DNA of 20,000 bases, taken from IMG/VR virus record IMGVR_UViG_3300042356_002208. One strand, written 5' to 3'. Position 1 is the stretch's first letter; each line of letters opens with the position of its first letter. Source of the stretch: an uncultured virus (IMG/VR IMGVR_UViG_3300042356_002208) (lineage: Duplodnaviria > Heunggongvirae > Uroviricota > Caudoviricetes). This document shows positions 1 to 8,245 of this stretch, piece by piece. The notes beneath the pieces were generated by a model. It was not told the DNA's origin. It made no database searches and was given only the letters and a program-made list of their open reading frames with translations. Both the position numbers and the translations under genes were made by a program.

Positions 1-229
1 ATTGTACTGGACCGAGAGAGGCATGAGTCAGAGAAACCTCGCAAAACTATTTAAGGTTTCCAGAAGACTAATTACATTTATCCAAGATCCCAAGAAGAAG
101 GAGATAGATCTACAGAGAAGAGCCGAAAGAGGAGGAAGTAAGATCTACTATAAAGGCGGAGTCGAGTGGGCAGAGACACAGCGAAGACACAGATCTAGAA
201 AGCATGAACTTCTGAAGCATCTAGTTTAG
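1..229 (+). CDS. Helix-turn-helix DNA-binding protein, probably 5'-truncated by the window edge
   Basis: Open frame from the left edge; SQRNLAKLFKVSRRLI fits an HTH pattern; basic C-terminus. Confidence 0.6.
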   Translation, partial: LYWTERGMSQRNLAKLFKVSRRLITFIQDPKKKEIDLQRRAERGGSKIYYKGGVEWAETQRRHRSRKHELLKHLV

Positions 230-264
230 ATCCGGATCTCTTTCCAATTTATCCGTTCCATTGG

Positions 265-273
265 AATATATAC
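265..273 (+). promoter_or_regulatory. RATATATA late-promoter-like motif
   Basis: AATATATAC about 20 nt upstream of ATG 294; same motif recurs before many other genes. Confidence 0.55.
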
Positions 274-293
274 AGAAAGAGATATAGAGTTCA

Positions 294-746
294 ATGGAAA
301 ACATTAAGGGATATCAAGATTTCGTAAACGAATCTTTAAATCAACCAATTTTAGAATCAGTAGAGTGGAAGGGGGTAGAGATAGTTTCTGCCAGAACACA
401 CGGGGGTAAGGATCCCAAAACTGGTAAGCCAAAGGATTTGACCGGTAGAATAGTTTTCATCTATAACAACACAGAACTTTATTATAAGGTAAATGTCAAA
501 GTTAAAAAACTCCTTGTAACTTGGTATGAAGGACCTATAGCTGTTGAAGTGGTTTGGAAAAGCAAGGAGACCGGAGACATCTACGTTAAGGACAACACAG
601 ATAAGGTATTTAAATTGGACGATGCAACTCTAAACACTCTTGCATCCAAGGTTAAGACAAAAGCATCAAGTATAGCTTTTAGTGGGACCGGAGAGATTAA
701 AGGAGTCGAGGGAGACTATGATGCAACACTTACTAAAGTAGCATAA
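294..746 (+). CDS. Hypothetical protein with capsid-targeting-like N-terminal tag
   Basis: 150 aa ORF starting MENIKGYQDFVNE; beta-rich body with no recognisable family. Confidence 0.75.
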   Translation: MENIKGYQDFVNESLNQPILESVEWKGVEIVSARTHGGKDPKTGKPKDLTGRIVFIYNNTELYYKVNVKVKKLLVTWYEGPIAVEVVWKSKETGDIYVKDNTDKVFKLDDATLNTLASKVKTKASSIAFSGTGEIKGVEGDYDATLTKVA

Positions 747-762
747 AATAAATTTTTAATAA

Positions 763-2166
763 ATGAGTTCTGTTAATAAATCGAAAGCTCTTGAGCTATC
801 CAGCGAGATTAGAAGATTCTATCCTGAATATGAAAAACTTAGAACTAAGATAGAATCTAAGGGGGAGAAAGAATTGAGCGAACAAGAGGTTCAAAAATAC
901 TCGGACTTAAAGGATAAGTTAATGAAGTCGGTTGAAAATACCACTAAGGATGCTTATAAGTTTGTGGATGCTCCAACTCTAGTTAAAGTCCAATCGATTG
1001 TAGGGACTAAGGATGATAAGAGAACAGTTTTTACTTATCAGCCAAAAACATCCGCATCGGATCTGATTGTTGTTACCTCTACTGAAATAAACCAGGCAAC
1101 CATTAATGGTGCTAATAAAAAATTTAAGGGATTACCTGATGATCTATTTGCATTTGGTCATCAACCAACTTTACAAATATTGGGTAGAAATGAACTTTCG
1201 GAGGATAACTGGAAACCGATATATGATTCTACTGATAATAAGATGACTAGCGAATATACGATTAGCTGTTCATTTAGATTAAATAGATTTCCAACTAGAA
1301 CATTTTACAGATCGATAGATTCTATCTATAAAACCAATACAACTAGACGTACGGAGATAATGAGATTTCAGTATTCACGAGAAAACGGTGAAAATGAAAA
1401 GGGTACTAAGCTTTATACTGATCCTCCTCATAACTTTATCTCGATAGGAGCAGTTGCCCCTTACTCTATCATACCTGTCGAGACGGAAGGCAATAAATAT
1501 AGATACAAAGAATCCTATAAAGAGAAAAGAAGTCCATTTTCGATAGGGGTTGCCTTTCCATTAGCCTCCGGATCCCAAACAGTCTACACAGATTATAAGT
1601 TTGAATTGAAGAAATGGTATAATCTGAGGATAGAATTAAGAAAAGAGGACGGTACAACGGATAATACATATAAAGTCCATTTGTATGTTAATGATTTGCT
1701 CCAAGAAGTTGCTCTGGTTCCAAGAATTCTGTGGAATAAAAACTGTGAAAAATTACGCAGAAAAAATCTTTTTGACAGCTTTGATAAAGCTCAAGAGATG
1801 TTGGGGGATCTGGATAAACGGACCAAGTATAATGAAAAATTCTTAATAGCTTCGCTACCTGGATTTAATCATAATAGTAATCGCGAGGAGATTCGTGAAA
1901 AAATATTAAAAGGTGTTGATGAATCTCAAGCAATAAAGTCTTATACCGGAGATATTTCATCGATTAGAGAAGAATTTATTGATTTCCGATTTAACATTCT
2001 CTCTAAGATAGTGACTCCACCATATTATAATGGATTTCTTCATACAAATTTATCTTTGCTCAAGGAACAAACCCAATTCACCAATCACGAAAAATATTGG
2101 GTTCACCATAAGAAGAAAATGAATACGAGTATCGATTATGGGGATATTAGCATTTCACTAAAATAA
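763..2166 (+). CDS. Hypothetical protein, possible central LamG/concanavalin-like beta-sandwich
   Basis: 467 aa ORF; YTISCSFRLN ... FELKKWYNLRIEL ... VHLYVND resembles LamG strand pattern; charged helical N-terminus. Confidence 0.65.
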   Translation: MSSVNKSKALELSSEIRRFYPEYEKLRTKIESKGEKELSEQEVQKYSDLKDKLMKSVENTTKDAYKFVDAPTLVKVQSIVGTKDDKRTVFTYQPKTSASDLIVVTSTEINQATINGANKKFKGLPDDLFAFGHQPTLQILGRNELSEDNWKPIYDSTDNKMTSEYTISCSFRLNRFPTRTFYRSIDSIYKTNTTRRTEIMRFQYSRENGENEKGTKLYTDPPHNFISIGAVAPYSIIPVETEGNKYRYKESYKEKRSPFSIGVAFPLASGSQTVYTDYKFELKKWYNLRIELRKEDGTTDNTYKVHLYVNDLLQEVALVPRILWNKNCEKLRRKNLFDSFDKAQEMLGDLDKRTKYNEKFLIASLPGFNHNSNREEIREKILKGVDESQAIKSYTGDISSIREEFIDFRFNILSKIVTPPYYNGFLHTNLSLLKEQTQFTNHEKYWVHHKKKMNTSIDYGDISISLK

Positions 2167-2191
2167 TTCACATATTTTTATCCTCAACTGT

Positions 2192-2200
2192 AATATATAG
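2192..2200 (+). promoter_or_regulatory. RATATATA late-promoter-like motif with no downstream ORF
   Basis: AATATATAG immediately upstream of the structured non-coding block. Confidence 0.55.
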
Positions 2201-2204
2201 ACGA

Positions 2205-2404
2205 AAGAGAAGGTATTTAAGAAATTCGGACCTCGTGTCAGAATCATCTCCCTCCAATGGCACTCTTAGCGGGGTGCCATTGGCAGTAGGGCTAATACCT
2301 CGAATAAATTATCATAAAGATATCCGGCGGGTTTAATCCCCCATTTTAGGACCGGAGTAGTTACGACTACTAAGGATCGGAATTCGCTACTCCGATCCTT
2401 TTTT
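2205..2404 (+). ncRNA. Candidate structured non-coding RNA (~200 nt)
   Basis: GC-richer block with no credible ORF; stems 2211-2217/2294-2300, 2224-2231/2237-2244, 2254-2263/2274-2283, 2323-2327/2352-2356, 2356-2361/2366-2371; flanked by promoter motif and terminator. Confidence 0.6.
2372..2404 (+). terminator. Intrinsic terminator
   Basis: AAGGATCGGA-ATTCGCTAC-TCCGATCCTT followed by TTTT on + strand. Confidence 0.75.
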
Positions 2405-2406
2405 AT

Positions 2407-2976
2407 TTAAGCCTTCTCCCATTTAAAATAAACGGTCTTGTCATTCTGAACCTCTATATAGCCATTCGGTTTATATTGATCCCTGTTTAATCTGCAAGAA
2501 AACCTAGTTCCCATATAGATTGTAGATAGACCAGGAAAAGAATTCGATTCCCTAGACTCATTAAATTTGGAAACCTCTTTTATCTGGTCTGGTGATATCG
2601 TTATGTTTAATTCTTCCTTTATTCCTCGGATGATCCCTTCCAGGGGTATTTCATTCGGTCCAATCTTTTCTGATAGAGAAGTGTTTAAAGATCTTGTTTT
2701 TGTTCTGCCTCCTTTGAAAACCTGTTTGTCCTCTTTTAGAATAAACATTCCGAATGTGTCCTCATAGTAGATATTAGCAGAGACCACGTGGATTACTCGG
2801 ATTAATCCATCTTCCGTTTCTGTTAATTCGCATTCCCCAGATCGTATCTCCTGTAAGAGATGATCTACCGTTTTAGCAGCTCCTCTGCCCCATAGATTTA
2901 CTTCTATTCCATTATCTGCTAGATATGATCCCAACTCATGGAGAGTAACCGATATAGGGTTAATTGACGATGCCAT
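2407..2976 (-). CDS. Nudix-hydrolase-like protein (degenerate Nudix box)
   Basis: 189 aa; SEKIGPNEIPLEGIIRGIKEELNI resembles GX5EX7REUXEEXGU with substitutions. Confidence 0.55.
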   Translation of the reverse strand: MASSINPISVTLHELGSYLADNGIEVNLWGRGAAKTVDHLLQEIRSGECELTETEDGLIRVIHVVSANIYYEDTFGMFILKEDKQVFKGGRTKTRSLNTSLSEKIGPNEIPLEGIIRGIKEELNITISPDQIKEVSKFNESRESNSFPGLSTIYMGTRFSCRLNRDQYKPNGYIEVQNDKTVYFKWEKA

Positions 2977-2997
2977 TATTTTAATTCTATTTGTGAT

Positions 2998-3022
2998 CTA
3001 TATATTTATTTAGAATATATAA
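2998..3022. promoter_or_regulatory. Back-to-back divergent RATATATA motifs
   Basis: AATATATAG on - strand (3006-2998) facing ORF 2976, and AATATATAA on + strand (3014-3022) facing ORF 3027. Confidence 0.55.
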
Positions 3023-3026
3023 AGAG

Positions 3027-4724
3027 ATGCCAACAGCAAGACCATTCGCATATAACACAGGAGCTTCTATTGCAGGAACCGAACAGGTTGGTAACCTGGC
3101 TGTCGGATACCCATCATCTGGGTTTGGATCTACTGGGGTTAGCTGGTGGAATGGTCCGGATGAGGATCTAGGATATGTTATAGCGGCATCAGTTCCCGGG
3201 GGGAATCAACCCACACCAGATGGATTGGGAGCATCAGTTGGATTTTGGAGAAGCGGATCATTAACGGAGCAATCTTTTGTTGATCTAACAAACAGTATAT
3301 TTGGCCAATCTTTTTCGGACGGATCTTCCGCAAAGACATATTTAAATAATAATGGATATTGGACTTCTTTCCCCCTAATTACACCTTTACTTGATCTATA
3401 CCCAAATGCAGCATTAGCTTATTCGTTGCGTAAACTCAGAACAGCTTACTCTGGAAGTGCCATAAGGGTAAGAAGATCGTTGGATGACGCTGAACAAGAT
3501 ATAGGATTTTCTTCCAATGATCTGGACACGGTAGGTTTACTCGATTTCATAGGTTATAATATAACAACATATTCGGAAGATATAAGTCAGACGTCCACCT
3601 ACTCGTATGCCTCTTTAAATGTAACTGGGACTCCTCCCTATTTAAATGTTATAACAGCTCCAGACAATACCCTATCCGGTGATAAACTTATCGAAGGTAC
3701 ATCAGATGCAACCCATATATTGAACAAAACTGGAGGAGTTACTGCTGTAATTGGAGCGGATTATAATTTATCTCTATATCTAAAACAAGGAGAAAGAACA
3801 AGCGTAAGATTTGAATCACTCCTACCCGGAACTACACAAGCTTGCGTCATAAATTTAATAGATGGAACTATATCGGGTAGCAATTTTACGAATTCGCCCG
3901 TAATATCAGCAGAATCTAACGGGTGGTATAGATTTTCAGTTAAAATTACTGCTGGGCAAACTTCTACTTCAAATTGTTTTAGAATTTATTTAAGAGCTGC
4001 GAATGGAGAGTTAGCCTATGCGGGGGACGGTACTTCTGGTGCTTATGTTTGGGGCTTTCAATTAAGTAAAACAGCAGATCTTAGGGCATATCAAAAAACG
4101 TTAGCTTCAGCAGGTGGTGGTTTTGTAACAACCTGGTATGACCAAAGTACAAACTCGAATAATTCAACACAAGCAGCAACAGCAGATCAAGCTCAAATTG
4201 TTTCAGGTGGTTCAATTATAACAGACCCAAATACAGGTAAAATAACCACTACTTGGGTAAATGATAGTTATTCATTAGCATCTGGGATAAGTCCAAATAC
4301 ACGATATTTATCGGTAGGTGTTGTCAATAGAACTTCGAATACTATTAATATCGGTTCAATTGGTAATAGTACTATTGGCGGCATACAGGGTCAGCAACCT
4401 TTATATTGGCAAGCTACAACGGGAAGATTGAGGAGCGACATGAGTTCTCTGGTAAGCCATGGGTTCGATGTTAATGTAGGTGCGTTTATAATTACTTCGG
4501 AAAAAAATTCAAGTGATTTAAAAACTGCTTATGTTAACGGTAGCGCTTCGGCTACGACAGCCACCCAAATTCCAGCAACTGGTGCTAATTTTATTTACTT
4601 TGGCCGAACCGGATCGGGCACAACTTCGGGTAGATATGCTGAATACATATATTGGGATTCTGATCAGAGTGCAAATAGAACAGGAATAGAATCAAACATA
4701 AATACTTACTGGGATGTTTATTGA
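3027..4724 (+). CDS. Virion fibre/spike-like mosaic protein (lectin/arabinofuranosidase-B-like domain with inserted beta-sandwich)
   Basis: 565 aa, G/S/T/N-rich; N-terminal RPFAYN..WWNGPDE module; AYSLRKLR..AIRVRRS..EQDIGF and GFVTTWYDQS motifs; NGWYR..VWGFQL module between them. Confidence 0.7.
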   Translation: MPTARPFAYNTGASIAGTEQVGNLAVGYPSSGFGSTGVSWWNGPDEDLGYVIAASVPGGNQPTPDGLGASVGFWRSGSLTEQSFVDLTNSIFGQSFSDGSSAKTYLNNNGYWTSFPLITPLLDLYPNAALAYSLRKLRTAYSGSAIRVRRSLDDAEQDIGFSSNDLDTVGLLDFIGYNITTYSEDISQTSTYSYASLNVTGTPPYLNVITAPDNTLSGDKLIEGTSDATHILNKTGGVTAVIGADYNLSLYLKQGERTSVRFESLLPGTTQACVINLIDGTISGSNFTNSPVISAESNGWYRFSVKITAGQTSTSNCFRIYLRAANGELAYAGDGTSGAYVWGFQLSKTADLRAYQKTLASAGGGFVTTWYDQSTNSNNSTQAATADQAQIVSGGSIITDPNTGKITTTWVNDSYSLASGISPNTRYLSVGVVNRTSNTINIGSIGNSTIGGIQGQQPLYWQATTGRLRSDMSSLVSHGFDVNVGAFIITSEKNSSDLKTAYVNGSASATTATQIPATGANFIYFGRTGSGTTSGRYAEYIYWDSDQSANRTGIESNINTYWDVY

Positions 4725-4944
4725 TGGATATAAATATACAACTGAACAAGAGGCTATAGATGCAAGGAAATCGTGTGCTGATTACTACGGACTTCCTAAA
4801 ACAGCTGAAGACGTAACTAAATATTACGTCGACTACAAGGAAGCAAGTTTGGATAATCCAGTGTTTTGGTATATCGAATATTACGAGGGGACAGAGCCCA
4901 TCCTCGGGGAACCCTACCAATTTGAGGTTTCTGCTGAGGAATAG
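4714..4944 (+). CDS. Small acidic/Tyr-rich protein coupled to the fibre gene
   Basis: 76 aa ORF overlapping the fibre gene's 3' end by 11 nt. Confidence 0.7.
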   Translation: MFIDGYKYTTEQEAIDARKSCADYYGLPKTAEDVTKYYVDYKEASLDNPVFWYIEYYEGTEPILGEPYQFEVSAEE

Positions 4945-5004
4945 AAAAATTTATGGATACACGGTAAATATAATTGGAATGAAATATATTAATATTTTTT
5001 ATCC

Positions 5005-5027
5005 ATCGTAATGATTTAATAAATTGC
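5005..5027 (+). promoter_or_regulatory. Bipartite promoter-like motif (CGTAA-N8-TAWATT)
   Basis: ATCGTAA-tgatttaa-TAAATTGC; same spacing as the copies at 10063-10085, 13075-13097 and 15167-15189. Confidence 0.4.
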
Positions 5028-5045
5028 AAAAAATTAATTTTATAT

Positions 5046-6140
5046 ATGAAAAATATAAAGGGGTTCAAGGAGTTTAATTCTGGTTATATCTACGAGAATT
5101 CAAATCTATCTGATATAGAAAAAGAACATTGGCCTTCTAACTGGAAAGAAATGGGAATATGGAAGTCTTTAGAGGATATCGGATTTGTAGAAGTCACAAC
5201 CCCACTTCAAGCCAAGAACTCTACCATCATGTTAAAAACCAATAATCCATCAATTTCTTATATGTACCCAGACGGAATCGTTTTACAGAAATCCGGTTAT
5301 ATAAGAGATAAAGCGGCAACCTCTGGATTTATTAAAAGATACCAGAGTGATTTCACCCTGTATGATATGCTTCTTAATCTACTTGATAGATTTTCCGGAG
5401 AAATAAAAAGGAATGAGCCAAATGAAAATACTGGTCCTTTGACGGCTAATCAGATTATCGAGATAAACAAGGGGACTAAATCTAAATGGAAATGGAATAG
5501 AGTAAGTCAAGCAGTGGATATTTCGGGAACATTCTCACAGGATCCTCAAACATCTGATCCAGATATACTAGCATCTATAAATTTTGGTACAGTGAAGGGT
5601 AAATTTGTGATCATTCGGTTGAATGATCTGGAGTCATTGGAATTTCTCCCCGAAAAAGTTGGCGGAGAAATGCTACTATACTCTCTGGGAGGAATCAAAG
5701 ATCTAATGACATTTCCTACTATAGAGGTTTCGGAACCTCTTAGAATTTTATCGGTAAACCATGAAAGAAGAACCATGTCAGAATCACCTGCATTAAATTC
5801 TCTAGCTGGATATTTCGATAGGGAAAGAAAAATAGTTGCTTTCCAGTGTGATTACTTTTACGCTTCTCCTTTCGATATAGAGGTACTTCCTATGATAATG
5901 GATAAGGGTCCTGGCTCATATATAGACCATCACTATCAAATTTCGCATTATATGGCATTTAGTAAGGATGATGATAAATTTAAGGAATTTATTGCAACGG
6001 CTTTGCCAGATAGTCATTTCCAAAAAAATCCGTTGGACCTACAGTACCTTAAAAATCATCCAGATATTAAGGATGGTATATTGAAAAGAACAGGTATGAG
6101 GGATTTTTCGGATTTAGGATTCGCATTAAAACAAATCTAG
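5046..6140 (+). CDS. Tagged hypothetical protein with degenerate LRR-like (LxSLExxPxxVGG) repeats
   Basis: 364 aa; starts MKNIKGFKEFN; INFGTVKGKF..LESLEFLPEKVGGEM..IKDLMTFPTIEV. Confidence 0.75.
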   Translation: MKNIKGFKEFNSGYIYENSNLSDIEKEHWPSNWKEMGIWKSLEDIGFVEVTTPLQAKNSTIMLKTNNPSISYMYPDGIVLQKSGYIRDKAATSGFIKRYQSDFTLYDMLLNLLDRFSGEIKRNEPNENTGPLTANQIIEINKGTKSKWKWNRVSQAVDISGTFSQDPQTSDPDILASINFGTVKGKFVIIRLNDLESLEFLPEKVGGEMLLYSLGGIKDLMTFPTIEVSEPLRILSVNHERRTMSESPALNSLAGYFDRERKIVAFQCDYFYASPFDIEVLPMIMDKGPGSYIDHHYQISHYMAFSKDDDKFKEFIATALPDSHFQKNPLDLQYLKNHPDIKDGILKRTGMRDFSDLGFALKQI

Positions 6141-6145
6141 GGTTG

Positions 6146-6154
6146 AATATATAG
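6146..6154 (+). promoter_or_regulatory. RATATATA late-promoter-like motif
   Basis: AATATATAG 22 nt upstream of ATG 6177. Confidence 0.55.
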
Positions 6155-6176
6155 GGTAAATATAAATCCAATCAAA

Positions 6177-6833
6177 ATGAAATATATTAATCTTTTTGAA
6201 GCTTTTACTCAACAAGCCGAGCAATCTGCTGTAAATTATCTGGAAACTAATAAGTTAATGAAGGGAACTTCTGTTCGTAAAGCAGTGGAAGCAAAGTCTA
6301 GAGGAATGCTTAAACCTCAAACTGATGTCCTAACTAGATACACTAAGGATATTAAGGATTTAATCACCTCAGATTTAACAGGTAAGGTTTACAAGGTTCC
6401 TGGATATGGTGTGATAAAGCCGGCATCATTTAAATTTGGAAATTACGAGGACATTTACTGGGGATGTGTAGGAGAAAAAAGTGGAGCAGGTCTAGTTGTT
6501 GAAGCAACAAGAACCGAAAAATCTAAGGTAGATGCAGGGTTTCCTAAATGCTCATTCTTTATTGACGTATTTTATGATATCGAGAATCTTAGATTTAATT
6601 TCTATAACCCATTCATAGATAAATCACCGGAGGACGTCAGAAATATGATAAAATTAGGCCCGGAAAACTTTGGTGGATATTCTTTCCTTTACAAGAAGGT
6701 TGGTAACGAAATAGATTTTGAGAATTCACCAACAAGATACACTATGCAGCAATTGGGAGAGACTGACCCTAAATGGTTAATCCTATTCGGTAAACTTGCT
6801 GATATAGCAGCGAAATATTCAACTAAAAAATAA
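6177..6833 (+). CDS. Tagged hypothetical protein
   Basis: 218 aa; starts MKYINLFEAF. Confidence 0.75.
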   Translation: MKYINLFEAFTQQAEQSAVNYLETNKLMKGTSVRKAVEAKSRGMLKPQTDVLTRYTKDIKDLITSDLTGKVYKVPGYGVIKPASFKFGNYEDIYWGCVGEKSGAGLVVEATRTEKSKVDAGFPKCSFFIDVFYDIENLRFNFYNPFIDKSPEDVRNMIKLGPENFGGYSFLYKKVGNEIDFENSPTRYTMQQLGETDPKWLILFGKLADIAAKYSTKK

Positions 6834-6840
6834 TTAATAA

Positions 6841-7296
6841 ATGGAAAATATAGTACACTTCAGAAAAATGTTCGAATCTCAGGAAGCTGGGGTAGAAGCA
6901 GCTCCACCTATTTTTGGTGAGATCGACTTCACAGTATCCGGTGTTTCGGATGAGGCTATGAAGCTTATCGCTGGTTTAATGGCTAAATCAGTTTTAGTAT
7001 CGGGTGAGGCTGAGAGAATTGCAAAAATGGCGGATACCAATCCCGCAAGTGCAGCATCTTATCTTCAGCAAAGAATTGAAGGCATTCTAAATGATGTTCC
7101 CGGTATAGATCCTGGATTTATCAATCAGATAAAATCACAGGCACCTAAGCTTGCTAAATCTATGGTTGAGGCTATACCTACTGTTCTTGGTAGCATCTCC
7201 CAAACTGATATAGATACCTCTAAAGAACTTAGACCAGATCCCTCGAAGGTTTCTTTCTTTTCTAAATTAGGAGGTCTATTTAATCAAGCACAATAA
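6841..7296 (+). CDS. Tagged hypothetical alpha-helical protein
   Basis: 151 aa; starts MENIVHFRKMFE; Ala-rich helical body, amphipathic C-terminus FFSKLGGLF. Confidence 0.75.
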   Translation: MENIVHFRKMFESQEAGVEAAPPIFGEIDFTVSGVSDEAMKLIAGLMAKSVLVSGEAERIAKMADTNPASAASYLQQRIEGILNDVPGIDPGFINQIKSQAPKLAKSMVEAIPTVLGSISQTDIDTSKELRPDPSKVSFFSKLGGLFNQAQ

Positions 7297-7315
7297 GACT
7301 ATCAAAATAAATAAT

Positions 7316-7342
7316 AAAAGGAGCTTTTTAGCTCCTTTTTTT
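7316..7342 (+). terminator. Intrinsic terminator between convergent units (possibly bidirectional)
   Basis: AAAAGGAGCT-TTTT-AGCTCCTTTT-TTT. Confidence 0.8.
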
Positions 7343-7429
7343 GTGTTATAAGACATTATTTAGATAAATCTATCGGATAACTTAGCTTCTCTAATAAAGC
7401 TCTTTAAAGTGCTTTAAAATTAATAAATA

Positions 7430-8245
7430 CTAAGCCTCGTCGGAGTCTCTCGCTCCCTTGATATTAAATAGAGCCAAGTTAGTAACCTCTCTAGGACCAA
7501 AGGGTAAAACTAGATCCCTCATCTGTCTTTTAGTTGTTCCGTCTGTAACAAAGTCATCAACGATTAAGACTCTTTTACCTCTGACATCCTCTTGAGCTAT
7601 CGGGCTTATATCCATGAATCTGGCTACAAATTTTCTATGTGGCGGATATTGTAAATGATCGGATAATCTAAAGGGCTCAGTTCTTCCCCTTACTTTTTCT
7701 ATAATCCTCAGTACTTGATTTCTCGTGTCCTGAGAGTTTACCCTATTCAATTTATCCATATCCCACTCTACCTCGTTACAGTTTCTTTTACTAAAAGCTC
7801 TGCTTATTACATTTGGCTTCCATTCCTTTTTATGTGATGAATATGATGGAGCTATGTCTAAAAGAGCATCAACCATTTCAACCAATAACCTAGATCTGCT
7901 ATCCGGTATAAGAACAACATCATAATTCTCCAGCTCCATTTTACTAGGGAGCAAAGAAATCCCATAATCAACCAATTCAGCAACATCTTTTCTTGTTATT
8001 CCTCCTGAGATGTATTTGATATTTTCTAAAAGGGTTCCGTCATTCGGGAATGTAAACATGGTTCTACTAGAATACGGTATTCCGTCCATCGTTCCTTTCT
8101 TATAGACTTTTCTATTGGGTTCTATGCCCTTTCCTTTCCATACCCCAATGTCCAGAGGATTTAGTCTTCTCGTAGACCACGCTAGAGTGATATCCGATGT
8201 CTGTCTGGTTTTTTGAAAATATTCAAATAATTTAATGTATCTCAC
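7430..8245 (-). CDS. Tagged type I phosphoribosyltransferase-family protein
   Basis: 271 aa; PRPP-binding loop GKRVLIVDDFVTDGTT; VLIPDSRS motif; GTG start overlapping upstream TGA; starts MRYIKLFEYF. Confidence 0.8.
   Translation of the reverse strand: MRYIKLFEYFQKTRQTSDITLAWSTRRLNPLDIGVWKGKGIEPNRKVYKKGTMDGIPYSSRTMFTFPNDGTLLENIKYISGGITRKDVAELVDYGISLLPSKMELENYDVVLIPDSRSRLLVEMVDALLDIAPSYSSHKKEWKPNVISRAFSKRNCNEVEWDMDKLNRVNSQDTRNQVLRIIEKVRGRTEPFRLSDHLQYPPHRKFVARFMDISPIAQEDVRGKRVLIVDDFVTDGTTKRQMRDLVLPFGPREVTNLALFNIKGARDSDEA

Noticed and set aside
242..266. Inverted repeat TTCCAAT/ATTGGAA as a terminator
   Set aside because: Weak AT-rich 7-bp stem, large loop, no U-tract on the + strand.
2207..2300. 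HDV-like ribozyme (GGCTAA after a long hairpin, followed by a strand pairing with AGGTA; CCTCG loop)
   Set aside because: P2 is not adjacent to P3, P1 would be only about 4 bp, and the GG needed for P1.1 is missing. The resemblance is suggestive but insufficient without a covariance model.
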